In this document: positions 1 to 7,732 of the stretch, piece by piece
Layout of the letters: every line of letters begins with the position of its first letter
How positions within the stretch are numbered: the first letter of the stretch is position 1
DNA from: Thermoplasmata archaeon HGW-Thermoplasmata-1
GTDB lineage: Archaea > Thermoplasmatota > E2 > GCA-002838935
Direction of reading: 5' to 3'
Length of the DNA: 36,586 nt
NCBI GenBank assembly: GCA_002838935.1
Contig: PGXE01000007.1
Coordinates: 5,673 to 42,258, forward strand
Made by a program: the position numbers and the translations under genes
Notes under the pieces: generated by a model
Databases searched by the model: none
Told to the model about the DNA's origin: nothing
The model's input: the letters and a program-made list of their open reading frames with translations, nothing else

Positions 1-469
1 TTACGAACAAGGAAATGAAACCAAAACATTTCAACGAGCAGGCACCACGAAAAAGAATCCGGTCACTTCTGTAGGTCAACTACATCTTACCCTTCACAAA
101 ATTATTGACAGAAAAAAAGAGAAAAATATATTTCGACCCATTGAAGATCAGATAGAATTCAACGGGAAGAAGAAATATCAAGAAGACATCTCCATGATTA
201 GCGCGGAACTCGCTGCCAAGATGACCTATCGTGATACAACAAATGAGGCAAAACTGTTTCTGAATGATTTTCCATGCCCCAGCACCGTGAACCGATGTGT
301 AATCGAATACGGAGAAGAACTCGCAAGATTCAACAAAGATGCTACAAAAGGAGCTGATGTTAAAAAACGCCTGTGGACAAGTGCGCCATACGATAACGAC
401 TCGCTAGTGAGACGAACCGCTTACTTTCTTAAACAGTTTTTCCATTTCCTTCTTCGATGCTGTATATAG
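1..469 (+). pseudogene. Truncated transposase remnant (N-terminal part, ISLre2/UPF0236-like), partial at window edge
   Basis: Frame 2 is open from base 2 to the stop at 467-469 (...VGQLHLTLHKIIDRKKEKNIFRPIEDQIEF...MISAELAAKMTYRDTTNEAKLF...STVNRCVIEYGEELARF). From memory only, the layout resembles the N-terminal half of ISLre2-type transposases. No DDE catalytic region follows, and the tail (FFHFLLRCCI) runs into the next gene start. Confidence 0.3.
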
Positions 470-1527
470 TCTCCACCACCGGCTTATGCAACCTTTGCTG
501 CCGCTACTGCGGCGGCTCCATCTCAGAAGAGGTCATGCCGCACGAGGTGCAATACGATATTGAGAAGCTTGCGCGGCTTGTGGGCGACGACCCCGATGCA
601 ACGGTCGCTTTCTATGGCGGCGAACCTCTCTTGCGAATACCGCTCATTTCGGAAATGATGGAAAAACTGCCTGCGAAGCGTTTCGTGGTGCAGACGAACG
701 GCACCCCGCTCGACGAATTGCCGCAGGAGCTTCTTTGCAGGTTCGACGCGATTTTGGTCTCGCTCGACGGCAGGCGGCACGTGACGGACACGAATCGGGG
801 CGAGGGAGTATACGACAGGGTCGTTGCCAACGTCGAAAAAATACGACCCATCTTTGGCGGTGACCTAATAGCGAGGATGGCCGTAAGCGAGGAGTGCGGC
901 ATCTACGAGGACGTAATGCACCTGTTCAGCCTAGACTTCGACCACGTCCACTGGCAGCTAAACGCAATCTGGGCGTCCGACGACTCGTGGACCGATTTTG
1001 GAAAGTGGATATACGAATCCTACAATCCCGGCATAACACGGCTAAAGGAACTCTGGCTTGGCGAGATGAAAAAAGGAAAAATCCTCGGAATCGTGCCGTT
1101 TCAGGGCATAGTCCGCCGCATGTTCTTTGGCGGCGAGGGCGTGCCCTGCGGTGCCGGAAGCACCAGCTTTGCGGTAGCGACAGACGGGCGGATACTCGCC
1201 TGCCCGATTTGCGGCGAATACGAATGGAACCGCATAGGCGAACTGGGAAAAGAGACTGTGCAGTCGCTAAGGGGCAGGGTCGGGATCAACGAGCCGTGCA
1301 GAAGCTGCGACGTTTACGCGATATGCGGCGGCCGCTGCCTCTTTGCGAACAGGGAAGGGCACTGGAAACAGGAACAGTTCGATCTCGTGTGCATGACGGT
1401 TCGCCACCTCGCAAGGGAAATGCGGGATGCAAAGAAACGCATCGACGAACTTCTCAAAGCAGGCACAATAACGCGAGAGCAGTTAGATTATCCGCAGTTC
1501 AACAATACGACGGAGATAATACCGTAA
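457..1527 (+). CDS. Radical SAM / SPASM-domain protein (archaeal AF_0577-like putative peptide-modifying enzyme)
   Basis: CX3CX2C cluster motif C11-NLC-C15-RY-C18 (CNLCCRYC). GGEPLL SAM-binding motif. C-terminal Cys-rich SPASM-type region (CGAGSTS...CPICGEY...CRSCDVYAICGGRCLF). The AF_0577-like family name is from recollection. Confidence 0.8.
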   Translation: MLYIVSTTGLCNLCCRYCGGSISEEVMPHEVQYDIEKLARLVGDDPDATVAFYGGEPLLRIPLISEMMEKLPAKRFVVQTNGTPLDELPQELLCRFDAILVSLDGRRHVTDTNRGEGVYDRVVANVEKIRPIFGGDLIARMAVSEECGIYEDVMHLFSLDFDHVHWQLNAIWASDDSWTDFGKWIYESYNPGITRLKELWLGEMKKGKILGIVPFQGIVRRMFFGGEGVPCGAGSTSFAVATDGRILACPICGEYEWNRIGELGKETVQSLRGRVGINEPCRSCDVYAICGGRCLFANREGHWKQEQFDLVCMTVRHLAREMRDAKKRIDELLKAGTITREQLDYPQFNNTTEIIP

Positions 1528-1659
1528 GATATGGCGCCCGCGAAATTTTGCCTTCGCCCATCCGCCTAAATTATACCGGCACAACATTTTAATTGAGCCA
1601 TTTTATTCATAGTCGAAGGTATAAGTGATTAACAGTTCTATACCTATGCCTTCGCCATA

Positions 1660-2035
1660 GTTGAGGAAGTTGAAAACTTCCGAAATAGAACTAACCCGAA
1701 CGAAGCGAGGGTTAGTGCGTGTTGAGGAAATGCATAGCAGTTCCGAAATAGGGCGAATGTCGAAGCGAAAGCGAAACATTCCGCCCGTGTCGAGGAACTG
1801 CGAAGCAGTTCCGAAATAGGGCGAATGTCGAAGCCCGTGTTGAGGAATTTTGAAAAATTCCGAAATAGGGCCAATCCGACCAAATGGAGGATTAGTCCGT
1901 GTCGAGGGATTGCGTAGCAATCCTGAGAGAATGAATCGCAAAAGCGATTCTGTTCGTAAGTTACGGTTGAGGGATTACGAAGTAATTCCGAAATTCCGAA
2001 ATAGAACAAATTGCATAGCAATTCTGTTCGTGACG
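1660..2035 (+). repeat. Tandem array of six 50-68 nt units, each with a conserved-flank hairpin A and a variable hairpin B (candidate structured RNA or REP-like element)
   Basis: Units start at GAGG 1663, 1724, 1792, 1842, 1904 and 1969. Each has a 5' flank GTGTYGA, a hairpin of 7-8 bp (GG..CC) with a GAA/ATA/GTA loop, and a 3' flank GAAATAG. Stem interiors differ between copies but stay complementary. See findings. Confidence 0.75.
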
Positions 2036-2096
2036 TTTGAACAATTCGATAACTAATGTCCGTAACTACAATGCCGCATTCATAAAGGTGATAACA

Positions 2097-2816
2097 ATGG
2101 AAAAAGGAAGCGTCGTAAAGATCGATTACGAGATGTGGGTCGAAGGCAGCGAAAAGCTTTTCGACACCACGAAGGAAGATGCAGCAAGGAACGCAGGCAT
2201 TCACAACCCGCAGATACCGTACGCGCCGCTCACCACCATAATCGGCGACGGCAGGCTCATAAAAGGGTTTGACAGCCACCTGCTTGCGGCGGAGATCGGA
2301 AAGGATTACGAAGTTGCGATTTCCGCAAAGGACGCCTACGGTGCGCACGACCCTTCCAAGGTCCAGACCATCCCGCTCATCCAGTTCAAGAAGCAGAACG
2401 TGAAGCCGCACGTGGACATGCAGGTGAACCTCGGTCAGACGCAGGGGCGGATAAGCCGCATAACCGATTCGAGGGCGTTTGTCGACTGCAACCACCCGCT
2501 TGCGGGCAAGTCGCTCAGATATCGGTATACCGTAGTCGGCGAGGCGAAGGACCCTTGCAAGAAGGCGGGTTGGATAATGAAGGCGAATTACCCCCGTGAA
2601 GTCGAGTTCGAGTCAGAGATAGACGGCAAGAGCGTAACGATAAAGGTCCCCGAGCCCTGCAAATACGACGTGCAGATGTGGCCTCTTGCGAAATACAGGG
2701 CGGTAGGCGACCTTCGCAACTTCGGCGGATTCGAGAACGTCTTCTTCGTCGAGGAATACATAATGCCGCAACAGCCGGAAAAGGAAGTTGTGGCAGAAGG
2801 CAAAAAAGAGGATTAA
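2097..2816 (+). CDS. FKBP-type peptidyl-prolyl cis-trans isomerase, long archaeal/SlyD-like type
   Basis: FKBP core with insert-in-flap layout (VKIDYEMWV...FDTT...IIGDGRLIKGFDSHLL...DAYG...VDCNHPLAGKSLRYRYTVV). ATG at 2097 is preceded by GGTGAT (2086-2091). The track's 2037 start lacks an RBS and adds a non-homologous leader. Confidence 0.85.
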   Translation: MEKGSVVKIDYEMWVEGSEKLFDTTKEDAARNAGIHNPQIPYAPLTTIIGDGRLIKGFDSHLLAAEIGKDYEVAISAKDAYGAHDPSKVQTIPLIQFKKQNVKPHVDMQVNLGQTQGRISRITDSRAFVDCNHPLAGKSLRYRYTVVGEAKDPCKKAGWIMKANYPREVEFESEIDGKSVTIKVPEPCKYDVQMWPLAKYRAVGDLRNFGGFENVFFVEEYIMPQQPEKEVVAEGKKED

Positions 2817-2858
2817 GCGAGATAAATCGCCGCAACCCGGATTTTTTTTAAATCCTTC

Positions 2859-3293
2859 TCATTCTTCCAGTATCGCCGCCTTCAGCTTGTGGCCTTCAGG
2901 GCATTCGACCTTCTTTCGCTCTATTTTTATTATCTTGTAGGTCTTGCCCGCGGCGAGCGCGTCTGGGTGGCAGAGCCGCCAGTTGCCGCATCCGCGGTTC
3001 TTGCAATCTTCGGGATTCAGGGTGATTGCCGTGCCGTTCGCCGATTTTTCCGGTATCGCGGCCTCGTGCGCCGTCACTTCCGTCACCTCGACGACCCTTG
3101 CCCCCGTATCGTGCAGCAGGCAGTCGTGGAGCTTTTCCCTTATCGCCGCGACCTCGTACATCTTTCCAGCTTCCAGATTGAAGCAGATGGTCCTCAATTT
3201 GCATTCCTTGCACGTCTGGGTATGCCCGAGATAGACGAACCTTCCCCCTTTTTTTGCCTGGCATTCGCCAAGAAGAGTGATTATATTCGGCAT
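2859..3293 (-). CDS. UPF0179 family protein (archaea-specific, Cys-rich)
   Basis: MPNIITLLGECQAKKGGRFVYLGHTQTCKECKLRTICFNLEAGKMYEV...HDCLLHD..ARVVEV matches the UPF0179 pattern as I remember it. Length of 144 aa is typical. Confidence 0.7.
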   Translation of the reverse strand: MPNIITLLGECQAKKGGRFVYLGHTQTCKECKLRTICFNLEAGKMYEVAAIREKLHDCLLHDTGARVVEVTEVTAHEAAIPEKSANGTAITLNPEDCKNRGCGNWRLCHPDALAAGKTYKIIKIERKKVECPEGHKLKAAILEE

Positions 3294-3395
3294 TTTTCAT
3301 TTCTCCGTTGATTTTTAAGCAGATGCGGAAAGGGAGGCGATAAGCCGCCGTAGCCGCATTTACGATTTTTTATAAATCCGATTTTTGAACCCGCG

Positions 3396-4463
3396 TTACG
3401 CCACGCCCGTTGCCTTGAGCAGCCGGTCGGCGGCCTCTTTTGTAAGCCCCTTGTCGCCGAGTATCGTATAACGGTCCGGCCTGAGTTCATGCGCATGCAC
3501 GAGCGCCTCGATAAACTTTGCCCGCGGCATCCCGAGCTCCTTTGCGGTCGTGGGCGCGCCTATCAATTTCAGCGCGTTTCGTATCATCTTCCAGTCGCCG
3601 CCGTGCAGGTACATGGTGAGCATCGATGAAACGCCGCACTGCTCGCCGTGCATCGCCGTTCCGGGTGAAAGCCGGTCTAGCATGTGGCTTATCATGTGCT
3701 CGGCCCCCGACGCCGGGCGGCTGCTTCCGGCAACAGACATCGCGACACCCGAGACTATAAGCGACTTTATGACAGTCCAGCTTGATTCCTCGATGCCGGG
3801 TTTTATGTATTCCGCGTTGTCGAGTATGAGCATTGCCGCGGTCTTTGAGAGCACTGCCGCAAACGAACTGAACTCCTCGTTTCGCAAGCGTCGAGCAAGG
3901 TCCCAGTCCATGACCGCGGTGAGATTGGATATCGCGTCCGCGCACCCCGAGGCGAGGCTGCGGTACGGCGCCTTGCTTATGACCGCGGTGTCCGCAAGGA
4001 TGGAAAGCGGTGCGTTCGCGGATATGGATACCGAGCCCACCTCCTCTTTGATGGAGGCTCTCGGGCTTGCCACGCCGTCGTGGGCCGCGTTTGTCGGCAC
4101 CGAGACGAAGGAGACGCCGAACTTGTAGGCCGCAAGCTTCGCCACGTCTATTATCGAGCCGCCGCCGACGCCGATGAAGAACTCGGATCCGACCTTCTTT
4201 GCGTGATCGACAACGCGCTTGACCTCTTTCATCGTCGCCCCGTGAGTCACGTTTATGACGTCGACCGCGTATCCGTTTTTTTCAAGCGTTTCCGTTATCT
4301 TGTCGCCCGCAAGCTTCTTTGTAATCGGGTCGTATATGACCAGCGGGTCGTTGCCGGCGTGTATCTGGTCGCACAGTTCCGCTATCCTGTTCGTCACGTC
4401 GTGCCCGACGAGGACGTTTCGCGGGAATACCATGACCTTCCACTTGTCGAAAATCTCTTCCAT
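3396..4463 (-). CDS. egsA: Glycerol-1-phosphate dehydrogenase [NAD(P)+] (archaeal lipid backbone synthesis)
   Basis: 355 aa. Fold motifs of the Fe-ADH/DHQS superfamily (GVGGGSIIDVAKLAAY, PTNAAHDGVASPRASI, metal-binding His residues near the C-terminus). GGTGAT RBS directly upstream of the ATG at 4463. TATA-like ACTATAAAAAAATA further upstream on the - strand. Confidence 0.88.
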   Translation of the reverse strand: MEEIFDKWKVMVFPRNVLVGHDVTNRIAELCDQIHAGNDPLVIYDPITKKLAGDKITETLEKNGYAVDVINVTHGATMKEVKRVVDHAKKVGSEFFIGVGGGSIIDVAKLAAYKFGVSFVSVPTNAAHDGVASPRASIKEEVGSVSISANAPLSILADTAVISKAPYRSLASGCADAISNLTAVMDWDLARRLRNEEFSSFAAVLSKTAAMLILDNAEYIKPGIEESSWTVIKSLIVSGVAMSVAGSSRPASGAEHMISHMLDRLSPGTAMHGEQCGVSSMLTMYLHGGDWKMIRNALKLIGAPTTAKELGMPRAKFIEALVHAHELRPDRYTILGDKGLTKEAADRLLKATGVA

Positions 4464-4564
4464 CGAATCACCAGCACTATCATTTACCGGATAACACTAT
4501 TTTTTTATAGTCTTTATGCTTTCCCCGAAGCGATTTGCCTTATATTGCGGCTACAGATTCGGCG

Positions 4565-6103
4565 ATGGTGAAACAAATGACGGATTCCTTTGATGAAATG
4601 ACGAAGTGCTGCGGCGACTGCGATTGCGATTGCGAAAACCAAAGCGACGATAAGACGGACGCAGGGTGCCGCTGCACCAAAGATGCCGCCGCAAACGCGC
4701 ACACGGGCGGCCATTTCGGCTGCGCCGAAGATTCGGTCGCGCATGGCGATTCGGGTTGCACCTGCGGCTGCGGCGAAGAGGGCAGTGGGACAAGCAAGGG
4801 CGCAGGCAAGAAGAAAGGCGCCTGCTGCAGAAGCGGAGATGCCACAGAAAAAGGGTGCCCCGCCTCGCGGGCTTGCGATGCCCTCTCGCGCTTCTACCGC
4901 AACCACAACACCTTGTTCTGGCTGCTCGCCGTCGGGTTGCCGCTCCTTGCCCTCGTAATCGGATGCATAGTCCGCCCCGAGATATTCTACGACCAATTCG
5001 TCTGGAAATTCTACTGGGGACCGATAGTCGCGGACGGCACCGGGCATCCGGTCTCTCACAACGGGGTCGTCGCCTCATCCGGATACAACGTCGTGAATAC
5101 CATCAGCTGGGCGGTATTGATGATAGGCATCCTCGTATGGCTCAACAAAATCTTCCGGAGGTTCTCCATAAAAGTCGACCTCCGGTTCATACCTGGCGTC
5201 GTGGTCTACATCGTGATGGGTGCGATACTGCACGTCATGGAGGACAGCGGGATGTTCCTCGCGCCGCTAAAGTTCTTCCTCATAACCCCGCTCATATATC
5301 TGGAGGTCGCCGCGGTCGCGCTTCTCGTCCTTGCGGTGGGAATCCTGCTTGGAAAGGCGCATGCAAGGAACCGGAAGGTTGCGCTCATCGACTGGGCAGG
5401 CATCCTCGTTCTCGCGAACGTGGCCTACCTCATAACCTACCTCAACATGCCAGGCCAGATAATCTTCATGGCAAACCCGCTCGTTCTACTCGTTGCGAGC
5501 GTCCCCGGTTTCCTGATGGTGTTCTTCAGGGAGCGCAAAACCGGCGGGATGAATCCTGTCCACGTCATGACCGCAGGCGGCGTCGTCATGCTCATACTGC
5601 AAGTATATCTGGTGTTCCACTGGATGGTCATAGGCAAGTGGGCGTATACGGAAGGGACCCACGCATGGATACTTCTCCCCGTAATTCTCGGCTCGGCCGC
5701 GATAACGGGTGCGGTCTACGGCATCGCAAGGGCGCTGAAGAAAAAGCATTCGGGCGCAGCCGCATACATGATGCCGCTCAACCTGATGATGATATTCGCG
5801 CAGATGACGGACGCGATAGCAAGCAGCATGGGCATAGATTTTTTCCCCTACAGCGAAAAGCACGTGCTGCCAAAGATGCTCATCGACTTCTTCGAAAAGC
5901 TCGGCTTAAGCCTTCCCGCGACAACCGCGATGATGCCGTTCAAATTTCTCATCGTCATGCTGGTGATATACATGATAGACGTCGCTTCGAAAGAAGAGGT
6001 CAAAATGTATCCGAACATGGTCGGGCTTGTGAAGATGGCGATAATAATGCTGGGGATAGGCCCCGGTATCAGAAACGTCGTGAGGCTTGCGATGGGGGTT
6101 TAG
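4565..6103 (+). CDS. Polytopic membrane protein (DUF63-like) with N-terminal Cys/His-rich extension
   Basis: Long ORF. The N-terminal ~105 aa hold 15 Cys. Next comes FYDQFVWKFYWGPIVADG and many hydrophobic segments, which I recognise as DUF63-like from memory. The start is uncertain (TTG 4535 in the track, ATG 4565, ATG 4577). Confidence 0.6.
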   Translation: MVKQMTDSFDEMTKCCGDCDCDCENQSDDKTDAGCRCTKDAAANAHTGGHFGCAEDSVAHGDSGCTCGCGEEGSGTSKGAGKKKGACCRSGDATEKGCPASRACDALSRFYRNHNTLFWLLAVGLPLLALVIGCIVRPEIFYDQFVWKFYWGPIVADGTGHPVSHNGVVASSGYNVVNTISWAVLMIGILVWLNKIFRRFSIKVDLRFIPGVVVYIVMGAILHVMEDSGMFLAPLKFFLITPLIYLEVAAVALLVLAVGILLGKAHARNRKVALIDWAGILVLANVAYLITYLNMPGQIIFMANPLVLLVASVPGFLMVFFRERKTGGMNPVHVMTAGGVVMLILQVYLVFHWMVIGKWAYTEGTHAWILLPVILGSAAITGAVYGIARALKKKHSGAAAYMMPLNLMMIFAQMTDAIASSMGIDFFPYSEKHVLPKMLIDFFEKLGLSLPATTAMMPFKFLIVMLVIYMIDVASKEEVKMYPNMVGLVKMAIIMLGIGPGIRNVVRLAMGV

Positions 6104-6127
6104 GCCCCCATCTTTTTGCAATCTCTT

Positions 6128-6466
6128 CTAGCTCGATTTTGCCTTCTTTTCCGCAAAGTCGCCGATGAGCGGCAGCTTGAACCATTCTCCCTGGTATGCC
6201 TTTATCATCAGCACTATCCAGAGAACGAACATGAGCAGACCCACGAACATGCTTATTATCCATCCCACGGCAGGTATGAACGAGAGCGGGATGATGATTA
6301 TCATCAGCACGATGAATGTTATCAGCGACTGCAGGGCATGGAACTTCACGAACTGGCTCTTTTTCTCCACGAGAAGGAAGATTAGTCCCGTAAACCATCC
6401 TGCGATGTAGCAGAGCAGGCCTTCCACATTTTCGTCTATTCCGGTCGATGTTTTCTGTTCATCCAT
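6128..6466 (-). CDS. DUF4870-like small membrane protein
   Basis: LLCYIAGWFTGLIFLLVEKKSQFVKFHALQSL followed by two more TM segments, which is the typical DUF4870 signature. 112 aa. Confidence 0.65.
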   Translation of the reverse strand: MDEQKTSTGIDENVEGLLCYIAGWFTGLIFLLVEKKSQFVKFHALQSLITFIVLMIIIIPLSFIPAVGWIISMFVGLLMFVLWIVLMIKAYQGEWFKLPLIGDFAEKKAKSS

Positions 6467-6525
6467 TTTATCACCGACTCAGGTATTTCTTCGTCCACCT
6501 TTAAATAAGTTCTTGCCGCGGTTTT

Positions 6526-6930
6526 TTAGTCGAGCAGCCGCCGCTCCCAGTCAAGCCGCCGAAAACCTTCGATGTTCTGGCTCGCTTCAAGGCAGCCCAA
6601 GTATTTTCCGTCCGCGTCCCGAAGCGCGAAATACTCTATCACGACCTTCTCCTTGCCACCATCTTCGCCAAGAGGCAGGTCAATCCAGAACCGGGCGTTT
6701 TCCCTTTTACCCTCTTTCATCTCGGCAAGTATCCGTTCGACCTTGTCGAGGCTCTTTTTGGGGTGGCAGTTTCTCACGTCCCGCCCCACGACCGCCCCGG
6801 GGCGCTTGAATATCCTCGTTTCGTGCCTGTTCCACCCAAGCACCTTGTCGTCCGCGCCCAGGACCGAGAATTCTATGGGTATGGTCTCTAGCAGCGCGTC
6901 AAGCACGTTTTTTGGCAGTTCTCCCATCAT
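6526..6930 (-). CDS. Stand-alone PAS domain protein (PAS_10 / DUF438-associated type)
   Basis: LDALLETIPIEFSVLGADDKVLGWNRHETRIFKRPGAVVGRDVRNCHPKKSLDKVERILAEMKEGKRENARFWIDL...EYFALRDADGKYLGCLEASQNI matches the C-terminal PAS module of DUF438 proteins. I prefer the MM start at 6930 because a TATA-like element lies inside the longer ORF (which runs to 6990). Confidence 0.6.
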   Translation of the reverse strand: MMGELPKNVLDALLETIPIEFSVLGADDKVLGWNRHETRIFKRPGAVVGRDVRNCHPKKSLDKVERILAEMKEGKRENARFWIDLPLGEDGGKEKVVIEYFALRDADGKYLGCLEASQNIEGFRRLDWERRLLD

Positions 6931-6958
6931 GGTATCGGGAATCGTTTGTCGCCCGGGG

Positions 6959-6967
6959 TTTATAATA
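6959..6967 (-). promoter_or_regulatory. Putative TATA box (TATTATAAA on - strand) for the PAS gene
   Basis: 28 nt separate the element from the ATG at 6930. That spacing fits a near-leaderless archaeal transcript. Confidence 0.35.
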
Positions 6968-7055
6968 CTTTTTGCCAGCGTCTTCCGCACAGCACGTTAC
7001 GCAAGGGCGCAAAGCTGATAATCCCGATAGGGTTATACCTTATCGGGGAAGAAGC

Positions 7056-7277
7056 ATGAACGCGAAAACGGTTCTGATATGCTTGTTCGTTTCGCTTGCG
7101 ACCGGCTTTGGCGTCGGGCTGCTTGCGACGGAGTTGTTGCAGCATGAGATAGAGTTCTCGCTTTTTGTCGGCATACCTGCAGGCGTCGCCGCCGCGGTCG
7201 CGGTCATGGTCGCGTCGCTTCTGTTTTTTGGCAAAAGGGGCAAGGTCGCGCCGGAGACCATAAACGAACTAAGATAG
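7056..7277 (+). CDS. Small two-TM membrane protein, unknown function
   Basis: MNAKTVLICLFVSLATGFGVGLLATELL...FVGIPAGVAAAVAVMVASLLFFGKRGK shows two clear hydrophobic helices. The ATG at 7056 was chosen over the track's upstream start. Confidence 0.45.
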   Translation: MNAKTVLICLFVSLATGFGVGLLATELLQHEIEFSLFVGIPAGVAAAVAVMVASLLFFGKRGKVAPETINELR

Positions 7278-7355
7278 ACTCCAAAATCACAACCGCAAGA
7301 CGTGGTTTGCTGTGGAAAACGTTTATAAAAATCGGGTTTGTAAAAACCGTTGTCT

Positions 7356-7574
7356 TCAGGCCTTGGATTTGCCTTCTATGGTATCCCAGTTCTCGAGTGC
7401 GAGACCCATGAGGCGATAGGCCTTTTGTCCAAGCTTGGTAAGGTGCCAGTAACCGTCGTTGTCCTGCGCGATCAGATTATCGCGGTTCTTGAGGTATGTC
7501 AGGACCGGCGGGACGCTGAACGGGTTGATATTCAGGCCGAGATATTCCGCGAATTCGACGGTCGGATTCACCAT
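7356..7574 (-). CDS. Small hypothetical protein (possible winged-helix-like)
   Basis: ORF beginning MVNPTVEFAEYLGLNINPFSVPPVLTYLKNRDNLIAQDNDGYWHLTKLGQKAYRLM. Its ATG overlaps the stop of the upstream small ORF (ATGGTGA). It may be the C-terminal half of one frameshifted gene (see findings). Confidence 0.4.
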   Translation of the reverse strand: MVNPTVEFAEYLGLNINPFSVPPVLTYLKNRDNLIAQDNDGYWHLTKLGQKAYRLMGLALENWDTIEGKSKA

Positions 7575-7732
7575 CTCCTCGCAACCCCCTTTACCTTGCC
7601 GTTTGACCCGATGTAGAATATCAGGATGCATTTTATGTCGTTGCCCATCGGACCGAGCATCATAGCCGCGTCTTTTTGTATCTGGCGCAACTTTTCCCTG
7701 CTCAGGTGTTCAAATTCCGTTATAGTTTTCAT
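7568..7732 (-). CDS. Small hypothetical protein
   Basis: MKTITEFEHLSREKLRQIQKDAAMMLGPMGNDIKCILIFYIGSNGKVKGVARRW. It sits directly downstream of a 420-bp AT-rich intergenic region. The internal ATG at 7732 was chosen. Confidence 0.35.
   Translation of the reverse strand: MKTITEFEHLSREKLRQIQKDAAMMLGPMGNDIKCILIFYIGSNGKVKGVARRW

Noticed and set aside
1531-1569. 12-codon ORF (MAPAKFCLRPSA) right after the rSAM/SPASM gene as a RiPP precursor
   Set aside because: It is too short for leader plus core, has only one Cys and has no properly spaced RBS. It cannot be supported from sequence alone and is mentioned only as context in a finding.
1660-2035. CRISPR array interpretation of the ~60-nt periodic repeats
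   Set aside because: The period is CRISPR-like. However, the conserved parts are only short flanks around a hairpin whose stem differs in each copy. The would-be spacers are themselves palindromic and partly shared between units (GGGCGAATGTCGAAGC in units 2 and 3). No cas genes or leader are present.
1603-2495. Minus-strand ORFs of 112 aa and 283 aa running through the hairpin array, with recurring ISE(F/L)/STRTNP peptide motifs
   Set aside because: The conserved repeat flanks happen to lack stop codons on the minus strand. Unit lengths are not multiples of 3, so the same DNA motif is read in different frames. The variation between units preserves base pairing rather than amino acids. The 283-aa ORF also runs antisense through the well-supported FKBP gene.
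4666-6168. 500-aa + strand ORF (Arg/Pro/Gly-rich) and the antisense ORFs 4514-5078
   Set aside because: These are alternative frames of the DUF63-like membrane protein gene. They are low-complexity basic sequences with no motifs.
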